A stretch of 64,000 nt of DNA, taken from the NCBI GenBank assembly GCA_965649825.1, contig OZ287713.1:341587-405586 (forward strand). Direction: 5' to 3'. Each line of letters starts with the position of its first letter. Position 1 is the first letter of the stretch. Source of the stretch: Penicillus capitatus. Its lineage: Eukaryota > Plantae > Chlorophyta. The notes beneath the pieces were generated by a model. That model had not been told where the DNA came from, did not search any database, and saw nothing but the letters and a program-made list of their open reading frames with translations. Positions 33,948 through 46,516 of this stretch are shown here, one piece after another. The position numbers were made by a program, and so were the translations under genes.

Positions 33948-34913
33948 ATGTCCGACGCAGGTCGTGCCAATTACGTCTTTCTGGACATCGGTGGAGAAAA
34001 GTTCAAACTTTCAAAACGCTCCATCGAGAGATATCCTGACTCCTTGCTGGCCAACATGGTCGAAGATTTTCCGACTCTTGTTGAAAAAGGCGAACACCTT
34101 TACATCGACAGAAGTCCACAAGCTTTTCCGTGGATACAAGAAATCTATCGGTGAGGACCGACCGACCCTTTCGTTGACATTACTGCTGTACGTGATATTT
34201 TCCGCAGAGGGGGAGACTATGTAGCTGGCACGCCTGCTCTGTCTTCTGAGTACCTCCAGGCTGAGCTGGACTTCTACCAATTGCCGTCTTTCAAAGACCT
34301 CGGTGTGCGAATACCGTCTCCCAATCAGAATCCCATACTCCTCGAATACGCTCGAGAACTGGTCGATATCATCATCGGCGAGATTAAGACCTGGGGATTG
34401 TGGCAGCGACTCGATGAACTGACGATCGACGACACAGGCGTTCTCTTTGATTTCGTCGTCTACAATCAAACGATCTATTCTCGCTCTTATCAGGATTACC
34501 AGTATAAGTATGTTCTGAAGAATCCGACAGAGAAAGACAAGGTCATGATCCTGGACATGAAGGAAGGGAGAGGTTTGACACTGAAGGAAGTGAACTTTGA
34601 ACACAAAGAGATGTTCCAGATTTTCGAAAGCGCGCGATTCATGGCTCGGCCTTCGTGGGTCGAAGGTACCAACAAGTATGCCGTGAGGGATCCGTTCAAA
34701 CCAAATCTCGAAACGAGCATTTCGAACCCAACATCGGAAGCTCTGTTTGCCACCGTCATCGATGCTCCACTAGTAGAAGCGATGAATTTCTATGGAACGC
34801 CATACGACCTGGAGTTCAGTATCCAGAAAGAGGAGCGACTTGACAAGAGTCGTATGGAGCGTTTGTGGAAGGAGTTGAATCTCGTTGGGTGCGTTAAACT
34901 AAGAAAGAAATGA
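33948..34913 (+). CDS. BTB/POZ (KCTD/T1-like) domain protein 2; one GT-AG intron at the same position as in BTB-1
   Basis: VFLDIGGEKFKLSKRSIERYPDSLLANM..LYIDRSPQAFPWIQEIYR|GG..YLQAELDFYQLP. Confidence 0.9.
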
Positions 34914-35027
34914 CCACGACGCGACACTGCTCATTCGCTGTCAGCTGTAACGAATCCGAATCCGTGGCGTTTTCCTGAACCCGTTGATCTGTCGCTGGAT
35001 GCCTACTAAACAACACGACTCGTTTTA

Positions 35028-35109
35028 ATCGCTCGCCTCTCGATCGCAATCGCACCATCATCGCTCGCCTCTCGATCGCAATCGCACCATCATCGCTCGC
35101 CTCTCGATC
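35028..35109. repeat. 32-bp tandem repeat, ~2.5 copies
   Basis: ATCGCTCGCCTCTCGATCGCAATCGCACCATC starting at 35028, 35060 and 35092 (partial). Confidence 0.95.
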
Positions 35110-35645
35110 AGCCTCGATCATGACCTGCAGAATTGAAGATATAGAAAACAAGAGATAACGAACAATCGACGCTCGTGATCGTCATCATCGATGCCTTACG
35201 AAATAATGATGTCGACTTTCGAAGGAGATGATCTCGACGTCGTGGTTGCTACGCGTTACAGGATCTGTCGTATCATCATCTCCTTTAGCAATCCAACCAT
35301 ATGGCTCGAATCTATCTAACTACATCCGGAGCCCTATTTCACGCCACTTTGAGATGAAGAGGTCACATCGCATGTTCTTGCGCGCGAATCATCGGACGAG
35401 CGCCGGACCGTGTTATGCTGCGAGAGATCGATTTTTTAGTCCAGATATTATTGTCCATTGTTGTAGAAGCCTTCCGTTCATTCAACGACGAACTTATCGC
35501 TGTTACTACCGATTCTTCGGCTTCTGTCCTATCGTGGCATACCGATTAGTATTCTTCATTTTTAGAGGTTCGCCTTGCCTTACCGCCCGGAGACCGTACC
35601 CTCACCATGAAGTCCTAGGACGACGTTAAGTTGTCGCTGTCGACA

Positions 35646-38600
35646 ATGTCGAATTCCGAACAGGGCCGACAGTGGGAGGAACCACCAGACAACGAAGCTT
35701 CGCACAATCCGTCTACCTGTCGTCCAGACGAAGGTCCCTCCGAAATCCCAGAAAATCCCGCTGAATTCATCCCGGATCATCTCCGTCGGCCCTTTTGGGT
35801 CCATCCCGCATCTGGTTATCTTAATGCGGAGAGCTACTTTGCATCCACCAGTAGCTCATTTGGGCGAAGACAGAGAACGTCAAATCGAAATGAACCGGGA
35901 TCGTTTAGATTTGGTGGACCGTATCTGGGATCGGTGGGAGCCCCCTCTTATGTCAATGCGTTCCCTCGGCGTGGTATCGGACCTGGAGGACCACCCCATG
36001 TCTATCTCCCTGCTTATGTGGATCCAATGTATGTTTTTCCTAATCCTCCAGCACGAGGGATGCAAGGCGAAGCTCCGCCATCCCCTGCGACAACAAATCA
36101 GAATCTTTATGGAATGGACTATGATTTATCACGGTTCCCTCCTGGTACACAGCAACCCGTGTCGTATCCTGTCTCGGATTTTAAGGCAGCAGATGAAGCG
36201 ATTGAGCAATTGGCAGTGCATTCTGCTCCACAAAGGCCTTTGGAGGATAACAAGCCCATCATGATGAATAGCACTGCCAACGATGAGGGATCGTCGGATT
36301 CCAAATCCGCAGAATCTCCAGCGGAGCACCCAGTCGCTACGACCCCAATTTTTCATCCATTGCCAAGCATGTTCCATCCGTTGCCACGTCCTTTGTCTTT
36401 TCCTGTCACCAATTCAAATAAAGAACTGCCAACATTGGCCCTATTTCACAACTGTAGTCTCGAGTCCAAGGTCGTCAGCGATTACGCCGATTCGCATCAG
36501 GAACTGAGCCTGTTGTTAGCGCTGCCTGGGCTTTCAGCTCACCAGGCACCATTGCTTTCTTTACAACAGGCAGGAGATATTCTTCAAGCTGTGAACAATC
36601 CATTGGTGGTGCTCAAAGTGGGAAGGCTGACGCGAAAGCTCGTTCCAAATCCAGCACTGCTCAAACCGACTGGAGATGTCGGAACGTTGGCCCTTTGGCT
36701 ATCCCCAACTTCAGATGTCCGTCTTTTTTGGCACAGTTTCTTAAAAGGCCCGACATCTGATGGTGCCCGTCGTGTCGAAGAGCAAATGCATCAGATTCGC
36801 AGTCAAGGAGAAGGCTCACCGTACAAAGAACTCTTCTCCCATGTGGAGCTCTCGGAGGAGTTGGCTTGGGTGGCTGCCGAATCTGATCAAGTCGATGGCG
36901 GCAGTGGTATTCGATTAGAGATGATGAAGCACGATCCAAGTGGACGATCTTTTAAACTGACACGCAAGAAGGGACACGATCGCCAGAAGACAGACTTGGC
37001 ATCCAAACTCGCAACAGAGGAAGACAAGACGGGAGATCAGAACACAGAAGACAATCAGAAATTAAGAGAGCTGCTAGCACAGTGTATGTCTGAGGATCCT
37101 GAAGAGGAGGACAGTTATTTCTTTTGGATAGCAGAGTCGTCTGTCTCCGAAGGTTTGGAAATGCTGAACACGATGCAAAACCGATTGGATCATCTGCCAA
37201 CCCTGGCAGGAGAATCTGGCGTCCCAGAGAAGAAACTTCAAGAGCTGTATGAATGGTTTTCCAAAGGACAGCAAGTTGCCTCAGGCGATTCCACACTGAG
37301 CAATGAGATTGCCTCGTGGATCGATCTTCGTTCGGGTGCCTCTGTCCCATCACAACTGTTTTCGAACACCTGCCCAGCCAATGTTCCGAACTGGGCAGAA
37401 TCGCAACCTTCCACATCGGAAAATGAACAGCCGGCAGAAAGCCGGATTCGCGAAGGATGTGCATTGTCTGCCACGGCGAACTTCTTGGTCGCGGACAAGA
37501 AGTGGGGACTGACGCATTTGGCAACGGCGTCCGTGATGGTGGCAGTCGGTGTCGAAAGCACAGGTTTTTTCTATGATGAAGAGAAAGCACATCTAGATCT
37601 CAGCCATTGCGCGCATGAACTCGCCAAGAAGCGCGTATGTCCCCTTAGATGATTGCTGACATGAAGATGGATGTGTTTGATCTTAGGCAGAAGCGGGCGC
37701 AAGTGCCGAGGCTGAGAGACTTGGACGTATTCGTTTAGAAGAACTGGTCGCCGTAAAGAACCTTAGTGAAATGCAATCGAGCAAATCTACCGTCCGTCGG
37801 CCACCTTTGCAGAAATCAGAGCTGCCCGGTGCGCATCCGCCTTCTGAAGAGCTCATCCAACAACAGCAACGTGCCATGTGGAAATCTTTCTACGACCGAA
37901 ATGGACAGAGGAGAGCTCCGAGGCCATCTTATCCATCATGGGGTGGTGGTGGTGGTGGTGGTGCCCAAATGCTACCTGGTCATTCAATTCAGGGCAACTC
38001 TGTTCTGCATCACTCCCAGATCCATGCACATTCCGAAGTGGTGACACACATGCCAGACTATTTCCGACAACGTGTCCATTACACTGTGCCTGGAGATCAA
38101 CAGCTTTCGAGAAATGTGCCATGGCGGTACGATCCGGGAGAGGTCGGTGGAAATGTACAAGTGATGGTACCGTATCCACAGCAGCAGTATGAACATCCTT
38201 CCTGGTCTGCCCTGGGAGCCTACCATCCGTATCCGTGGCCTTATGGGGATACCACGCCGCCGCCACCAGTTTACCAGCCGACATTTGTTCCTCCTCCTCC
38301 ACCGACTCCAGTTCCTTCTTTTTTTCCGCGCCACTTACCCCCTCAACTGCCGTTTTTGCAAGTGGCGCATCTGCAAGGAAATCACCGGCACAAACAACCT
38401 AATCTTTCATTGGTGCGTTTAGCACAAGAAGCACGTGAAAAGGTGGCACGCTATCCGAGAGATCGAATTCGGGCTGGCCCTAGTGGAAGCAATTTGACAG
38501 CAGCAAACATTGACATGCAATTAGACCGCGATGATATTGCCTATGTCTGGAGACAGGACCCAACGGCTCAATTAGGAACTCTTTACCACAACAGCTCTGC

Positions 38601-38700
38601 GAATGTGGGCCATATGCCAGATGGCGATGCTGTGAAAGAAACACGAACGCATGCGGAAACACCGAAAAACACAACGGCCGATGAAACAGACAAGATGTGA
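35646..38700 (+). CDS. Large Pro-rich protein whose central domain resembles the Arabidopsis At2g39950-type uncharacterised family; 1 intron at ~37635-37686
   Basis: LALFHNCSLESKVVSD, RLFWHSFLK, DPSGRSF, YFFWIAESSVSEGLEMLNTMQNRLDHLPTLAGESGVPEKKL. The family match is recalled, not searched. Confidence 0.65.
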
Positions 38701-39489
38701 TATGGCTTATTCGTTCAACTGGACTGAGGAATTCTCTGGGGGGAATGAGGGAATTCAGCGATCATTTGATTTTGTCTGTTCGGCGGTACTACAGGCAGAC
38801 TCCGATTTGCATTTATGATTCTTTTTTCTTCCAATGTGTGCTCTGGCATCATTGTGTTGGACAGGATACGATTTGTTATTGATGATTTAAGAGCCTGACG
38901 GTGTTGGATGTTTCCGTACGTGTTGTCTCAAGTTTGATAAAGGTTGTTTGATGAAGCTGTTCAAACTCTGATTGTAGATGATCGAGGAAAGCAGCGAGAC
39001 GGTGTGATATTTCATAACGATGTGACAAGATGGTGCCCCGAGATTCTTTAACCTACTAGTCCCAAACACGAATGCCCAAACGCACGATCGCGTCGAAAGC
39101 TCATCGAAATCGATCGATCGATCGATCGAACACGCACAGGTATCCAGACAATTGGCTGCTGCCATCCATCGCCTGTCGGTTTGCGAACAGCGTGTGGATT
39201 GCCCACTCTCGAGGTGAGATCGATAGGCGATCGATAGAGAGATATCGTTGTCCGTCGATCATCGGCATCTGCTTCGGCGGTTCGTTGAATTACAGCAACA
39301 TTTCCAATCGCGACAGCTGTTTATTGCCAATATCATACAACAAAGAAGCAAGCATGCGGTGGTGGTGGAAAGAATGAAACAATTGTTGGTCGTCAGCGTC
39401 GTCGTGGTGGTGGGGGTGGAGGAATATCTGAGGAACGGCGAAATGGTGTGATAGCCGTGCATTGCGTCGTGTACTTAAGACAATTCACA

Positions 39490-40140
39490 CGTCGGAGCAG
39501 CTCCTGTTGCAATAATGTACATCCTTCCTTGTATTTCTGATCATTACGCTCCGCCGTGACATAACGCCATCCAAGAGGCACACTGCATTTTCGACATTGG
39601 ATGTCGACAAGTGTATACTTTCCTGTTGACAGACTGACACAGACGACCGTCAGACAACAGCAGGCAAGGGTATGCGAGTGGACCTTTCAGAACGGACAGC
39701 GGAATAGGGATCCACATTCACCGTGGAGCGAAACAAGTAAGCAGGCTGCTGTGCAGCCATGTACCCTTCCCAGATAATGTTCGTACTACTGGCGATGTCA
39801 ATCCTGCAGATGCAGCACGCGTCTGGATCCGATGCATGGAAAAGGGAACGTGGATACCCACCCGCACTTGGCGCAGCAATACTTCGGCGTGTTCACCTCG
39901 TCGATATACTATGAGCGTATCCAAGCTCAAAGGGATGGCAACATTCGTGAGCATCTACCTCCAGAAAAGGTCGTCCCATGGTGTGACGGGCAAGGGAACG
40001 GAAAGGACTCGGTGTGGTTAAGTGCAGCGTCCGAGATTCTGCCTCGTTGACGAGCACCAAGCCACGATGCGAAATTCCGCCTTCGTCAAGACCGAAGTCG
40101 AATGGACTGTCCGAGCATTAATGGCAGGCATTATCTGAAC
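39490..40140 (+). pseudogene. Probable nucleotide-sugar transporter (SLC35A/CSTLP-like) relic with frameshifts and stops
   Basis: Colinear fragments in changing frames: AAPVAIMYIL, KQ|IMFVLLAMSILQ, FGVFTSSIYYE, VSIYLQK, TVRALMAGII*. An intron is retained near 39737-39773. Confidence 0.35.
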
Positions 40141-40435
40141 TGCCAACCACGATGCATCCGTACAGCGGTGATGACATGGACTTGAGCTTCGAGGCGTCGG
40201 CCGCGTGCTGCGTCGAGGCAACCCGGTCCACTTAATCCTTCGCATTAGCGTCTGATACGAGTCCTTGTGACGTCTGCGCCTGAAACAGTGCCAGAGATTT
40301 TATCGACGGTTAAGTATTAGACGGCTCTCTTAATGCGTCAGACGGGTTAGGTAGTGCTTGAGGTTTTTTGGTGTTGGAGAAATTGCACACAGTTACTCCG
40401 AACAGGCCAGGGAGTGGAAAAGAGAGGTGAACGCC

Positions 40436-41683
40436 ATGGCTTTCGTATGTTTAAGTCCGACGCGATTCGTGGATGGCGACAAGAGCGATGCAGTGGCCCG
40501 AGGGGAATCGAAAGAAGAGGTACAAGTCGCTCTGAATGAGCTGGATTTCGGCGGAGTCGATAAACTTGTCTTATGCCTTCCCGGCGGAGGCATCGCTGCA
40601 CGCGGGTTCGGACGGTGCCCGGAAATGGCGGTCGAAGGGTGCTTCATCGCTGTACTGAGCGGTTCTTTGCAAAACTATGCATATCTTGTGCGAAAGTATT
40701 GTCTGGAAGAGCTCTCATTACCGACGACGATCAGCTTGGAAGCTATCCGTGATTTGACGCCAGTCCGCGAAACGGCATTGCTCTGTAAGCTCTATGAAAG
40801 ACTCGGCACGGGAATGCTGACAAAGCTCCGCGGTAAATTTGCATTCTGCCTCTTCGATTCGAGCACGATGAAAGTTCTTGCCGCCAGAGATTCAAGTGGA
40901 TCTGTCCCTCTTGTCGCTGGAGAAACATCCAATGGATTTCTTTTTGTTGCCAGCGGCGATACATTACCGCGAGACGTTCAAGAAGTCAACGAAATAGATC
41001 CAGGGCAGTTTATCTATGGCTGGCGTACATCCGCCGTCAAATATGCGAATCCTCTCAATATCGTGGAGAAGTCTGCAGCAGAGGCCGTCGATGCGGCAGC
41101 TGCTGCACTGAAAGGCATTAAACTTCAAGAACTGCCAGAAAGAGAAAATACACGACGAACTCGAAGCCATTCCGATCGACCGCAGCGGCGCAGAGCCACA
41201 TCCTCTGACCCCTATACACGCGCACATCACATGTATGCTTACAATCCTGCTCCACCCGACGTGCAATCATGGCATCAGCCAATGGTGACCTGTCCGAATC
41301 CTGCCGTCTTCAAGGGTCCCTGTTATCCGACACGTGGAGCCTATGCTCCAGTCTACAGCATACCTGGAGATGGATATGGAGCAGCCGCCCCCGCCACCGC
41401 CGCCTATCGAGAACCACGTCATATGGTGGATACTTCAAATCAACCTAGAATTCGTCGATCGTCGCTAGAACCAAACTGGAGACCTAATGCGCACGAAAGC
41501 CAATATCACAGTAGAGGCCTGAGCCCTGATGCCAGCAGGCAACCCGTCTACGTGACCAGTCCAGCACACCACGACCGTTATCAAGGACATCCGAGTATGA
41601 TGGGATACGCCTCTGGCGATATGACGCAGAAAAAAGCTTTCAAAATGAAAAAAGGGTCCAGACAGCGCGAGGAGAGAATGTAG
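40436..41683 (+). CDS. DUF3700 / Wali7-TSJT1 (aluminium-induced) Ntn-hydrolase-like protein with a long low-complexity C-terminus
   Basis: VLSGSLQNYAYLVRKY, ETALLCKLY, MLTKLRGKFAFCLFDS...VLAARDSSGSVPL..G. Confidence 0.85.
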   Translation: MAFVCLSPTRFVDGDKSDAVARGESKEEVQVALNELDFGGVDKLVLCLPGGGIAARGFGRCPEMAVEGCFIAVLSGSLQNYAYLVRKYCLEELSLPTTISLEAIRDLTPVRETALLCKLYERLGTGMLTKLRGKFAFCLFDSSTMKVLAARDSSGSVPLVAGETSNGFLFVASGDTLPRDVQEVNEIDPGQFIYGWRTSAVKYANPLNIVEKSAAEAVDAAAAALKGIKLQELPERENTRRTRSHSDRPQRRRATSSDPYTRAHHMYAYNPAPPDVQSWHQPMVTCPNPAVFKGPCYPTRGAYAPVYSIPGDGYGAAAPATAAYREPRHMVDTSNQPRIRRSSLEPNWRPNAHESQYHSRGLSPDASRQPVYVTSPAHHDRYQGHPSMMGYASGDMTQKKAFKMKKGSRQREERM

Positions 41684-42318
41684 ATGACAAAAGTGTCTCA
41701 ACCCCAAAGAAAAATGTCATGCAAATATGTTCCTTTCCTTACTTCTGATCTGATACAAAACTGTCCCGACCGAATAATCCTGGCAATAAAAAGCATAATC
41801 CTGCGATCCAGCTGTTTTTATTGTGCGACTATTTACATTGAGCGAAGGGAATCTTGAAGATTCGTGCTCTTCGTGCGTATCATGGTTCTTCTTTTCAGCT
41901 CACCACACCACAAGCAGTGTACGAACAGCACTTTTTTATTCGGCAAGAGATCCATACAGCACAATTTGTCTTGTTTTGGACCTTAGTATTCACCGGGACA
42001 GTAAAGAGAGCTGTTAATCTCCGATTTGATTTAGTATTATCCAATCACGCATCCATGTCACATCTCGCCATCGATCGCGTTGATATGAGAGACAGACAGA
42101 CGTCACAACTCGAGGCCGATCGACAGACATAGAAGGTATGTTTGTTATCACAAGAGAGAGTGATCATTCGTTTCCCAAGGCACGGGGTGTTGAGTTTTCC
42201 ACGAAAGCCTGTTGCTATCACTTTGGCATGCTGCATACATAAGTCTCGTGTGTCGTGTCTTCTAATAGAGTTCGTTATCGATGCAATTGCTGTTACCCTG
42301 TCTCTGCCATCCACTTGA

Positions 42319-43066
42319 CTATTTCATCACAGCTACAGACATGCGTCGCTGTTGCGATCGATCGGACGATCGATCGGAAGACGACGACGCACCAAAGAAG
42401 GTTGTCAACACGTCGATTGGATTCGAGCCTCCGACGATCTCGTGAATCACCCACGCTGCACGGTCGACAGCGAAGTTCGTACCATAGATATTGACGGTAC
42501 ACGGTTCGGATCCTTGATGGATCGAAAGCTTCACGCAAAGGATCGATTGGATCATTTTGAGCGTCCGTCCCTGACGCCCGATGACGCGTCCGATGACGCT
42601 TCGTGGGCATTTCAGCGCCCGCGTCGTGCCATACTGCAAACACACCTAGCACGCCATGCGCCATACATAAAGGCGTCAGTACTTGACAAATGCCCTTTCC
42701 AGAACAGGACATTTCAGAGCATCCAATGCCCAAGATGCTGTAGATCATCTGTTTTGCCCGTTCTGTCTGAACGCTGTGTGCACCCTGAACGACGACTCGG
42801 CGCATTCCCTCAACATGTGCGTCTTCTATGTAGATGCGCGTGTTCGTTTGTTCTCTCAAATACTTCATGGTCTGTCCATTTCGCCCGACCACATAACCAA
42901 CGAGATACGCTGGACAGATGACACTATCCGTCGGTTCTTCCTCTTCATCGTCGTCTGTGTCTATCAGCGATGCAACGTGTTCACGAATGCGATGCTCTTG
43001 GCATTCGCAGCTCGCCACCGTCTCGTTACAGAACAGAGCAAAGCTCTTCTGAATCCAGACACGCAC
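42319..43066 (-). CDS. KH-domain RNA-binding protein (two KH domains); 5' end uncertain; 1 intron
   Basis: ICPAYLVGYVVGRNGQTMKYLREQTNTRIYI and CPRSVIGRVIGRQGRTLKMIQ (GxxG loops). Confidence 0.88.
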
Positions 43067-44229
43067 AGAATCTATGCGGTACAGTTTCGCATCCGATAAC
43101 GACGTCTACCGAATGCATGGTGCAGAAGGGGGAGAGAAACGTCACGGGCAGCAGCATGAAGCTCATGTCGATCGAGAGCAGCACCCGTGAATGTTCTCTC
43201 CTCAACGCCGACGGCGAATGACTGGCACAAATGCGGCGAGCGCATGTGACAGAGAACGCAGCAGAAGATGCATGCAACGTGCATCGGGGATATCGACTAG
43301 GCAACGCCACGCGGTCGATCGCGATACGCATGACAACAGTATGTAAAGAAGTAGGTAAGGTTTCAGAAATGGGTCCGGTTCTAGGTATACTAAGGGTGAC
43401 AGAGATCTATGTCCTTTAAGAATCTTGGGTCTTTTAAGGTAGTCGTCGATTTGACACAGATACAGAGAGAATCGCATCAAAAGCGAAAGCAATATACCAA
43501 ACATCGTCAAAGAATGGTGTCAAAGCGCGTCTGGGACGCATCCGACTCTGCATTCTCAACATATCGTGTATCCGTCGGATGCTGTCTTCACTTTTTCATC
43601 CAGAACAACAATCAAGTATCGTCAAACGTTTGGTATTGGATTCCGAGACACATCAACAGAATATGTTTCTCCCTATGAATATGCTCTCGAACTGTTCCAT
43701 TCTGTCAACGGTTTCAGCAACAGAGCTCCGCTCGTATTCGATAACACTCATGTCGTGTTGTATTGTATTGGATTGAGTGCAATCGACTTCACGTCGCGTA
43801 GAGAACAACAACAACAGTCATCGGATGCCAACGCAGTAGCATCATCGTCGACACAGCAGACTTCGTGCTCGTGATGCATGGACCCGCGGACCACCAGTGC
43901 ACTCGATAACACGGAGACAAGAAAACAGCACGCATAAATATGAGAGCCAGGCAGGTAGGTTCTGGCACTTCGTTAGAAAAGATACGCCAAAAACAATTAG
44001 GTTCACATGGCAAGCAAAGAAACAACAGTCTATAAACGCAGTGAGTAGTGGATCTCGAGGTCTCCGTCGACCCCATAAGCTGCTCTCCGTTTTTGTCATG
44101 ATCGTTACGTTTCTGATGACAGCAGTTTATTGGGTGTTCACCGCAGCACACGAGATGAACAAAAAAAATTGATGAAGATGACGTACGTACGTATCACAGA
44201 GGCGTGAATAGGTTTCGCGGTAGCCGTGG

Positions 44230-45123
44230 TCAATACGGAAGGTTATCAAAGGAAGTACGAAAATCGGCTCCCTCATCATAGTGCATGGCGCGAAGAAGGG
44301 CAAGACCAACGAATCGACCAGAGCCGGGTAAGTAACCACCTTCGCTGCGTCGAAGCAGCTTCACAACCTTATCCCTTTCGGCAGTTTTCAGAAGGTCGAT
44401 GTCCGTGGAATAATCCGACAAGGGAAACTGCGAACACACGATGGTTAGGACCAGCCTCTCTTGCGGAAGTTCAGTCGGTGACATACATTGGTAAGGGCTC
44501 CGTCTCCCCAGTAACAAATGGCTGCCATATCGAAGGTACGAGCTGCGGCTAGTTCATTGCTAAAACTACCTAAGTATATCTGCTTACCCCTGTGGCGCCC
44601 CCTGCGGTTCTTTCCTTTCCTTATCACGCTCGCGTCCCAAAGATGCGCCTCGTATTTTCCGGTAGCACGATGCCTACAAGTGTCTTGTTGAAGCAATGAG
44701 GCGCATCCGAACGGTTTACTTGGTGACGCCCTTATACTGAGACGTAGCGTTGGGCTTTGCCTTTTTAGGACGCTGCCCAAAGGACTTATGAAGTGCTCCT
44801 ACGTCGTGCAAAGAAACTATATCACTGCCTGGCTACATCAATGCACTACTTGGCTCCACGTTCGTTAACATCTCCGCCTTTCCCGCAGGGTGTGGAAAGT
44901 TGGTAGAAGAAAGCGTTGGACGCAACTGATTCCCGGGGGTGTCGGCCGATATGCCCGCTGGCTCTGCTGTCAGGCGCAGCGCAGGCAAACATTCTTGCCG
45001 AGCAAGAACGGGCGTAGACACGACCTCGGGTCCACTGTCGCTCCTGGCACGCACAATCGATTGCGCACTGGCGCTCGACGTCAGCAGGTCACTGTCTCTA
45101 CGAGTTTCCACTTTATAAGCCAT
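44230..45123 (-). CDS. AP2-domain transcription factor (ANT/WRI1-like), single intact AP2 repeat; 3 introns
   Basis: TSQYKGVT|KHRATGKYEAHLWD...RGKQIYLGSF.NELAAARTFDMAAICYWG..ALTN|FPLSDY..VVKLLRRSEGGY. Confidence 0.9.
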
Positions 45124-46516
45124 CTCGGTTTCTACGTCGAATCAAACGCTAATGAAAAGACGAAAGCATCGATTGTGACTCACTCGCGCCTTGGAATAGC
45201 CCTTCGTCATTCCAGTAGTGATAGTCGTACCACAGCTGGTACCGAAGTCCATCGACAGGCAGCGTTTCACAGCCGAGCTCCCAGTCGAATATATTCCAAG
45301 CATCGCCACAAAACACTGGCAAACACCAATATCAATTTGAGCTCATCTACGCAAAGAAGATCCGCTAGGTTTCTTTTTTGCTTACCGTCCATGCTCTCTT
45401 CCACCAAATCCGGACGCCGCGTTAGCCGACACGTTTAGCTACAGACTAGAGTTCTATAGAAAAAAAGAAGATTTGGGTCAGCATATGTGTTTCTGCTTTA
45501 AACCAGCGAACGGTTGGATCCACGAATTCTGGAACACACATTTCAGCAACATGCGTCCATGTCGCCAAACGACCTCAGAATTTCATGCGAGTTTTAACGT
45601 ACAAGGAAGCTACGGTGACCCTAAACCGCTTATACAAGAGGCCATAAACACTGGAAGTTGAATTCCCGCGTCCTCACCACAACATAGCCGCGGCCTCGTT
45701 CCCTCCACAAGCGCTGTGTGGACTCTGTTTACCCCCGGTGCTGTCGAGGTATGAACCAAACAAGCCCACGAAGAATAGGATGCGCAATGGACTGTATGAG
45801 ATAGCGCTCTTACAGGCGAAAAATTGTTGTCGGCCGCCGCGCGCAGATCGACTCTTGAAGCTCTTATCCACCAACCACCACGCCACACCTTCACTAAAAT
45901 CTTCAGAGCCTGAGGGTGATTCATCAGACACCTAATGCGCACAGATGATTCTTCGCAGCACCCAACGGTCAACCGAATTGGTTGCGTGTCCGATGTCCAT
46001 CGCCATTGGATGGTTACACCAGTGAAACGTGCTTGATATCGAGGCAGTGATCTCACTCTATGCACACATGCTGGATGCATCGACGGTCACACAACTGGCA
46101 TTACAACACTTATTTCAATCCGTTTCTAGAACATGACAGTCTCTGGCAACTCATTGTCCAAGTAAGAGAATCTACAGTTCGATTTGTCTTCATAATTTTA
46201 TGCATGCCAGGAAACAAATAAGTTCGTGTGCGTGGAAAATGATCTCCGGTGATACTGGATAACCGAAGCTTGTGAAGCAAAACTTGACTAGCAATCGACC
46301 CCATGCGAGAATTGTGTACTGTGCTTGATAGACAGGCCTCTCTGTGAGGCTCTTGCTGACAAACGACTAATGAATGAACAATTATCGAACAATCTACGAC
46401 GGACGTCGTATCTTGAGTGTAAACATGCGATTGTGAAAAAGCGCGGCAAGAAGAGAGCCATATCACCAGAGATCCATGAAATTGCACAGATTGGGATGCC
46501 GATCCCGATTCCCCAA

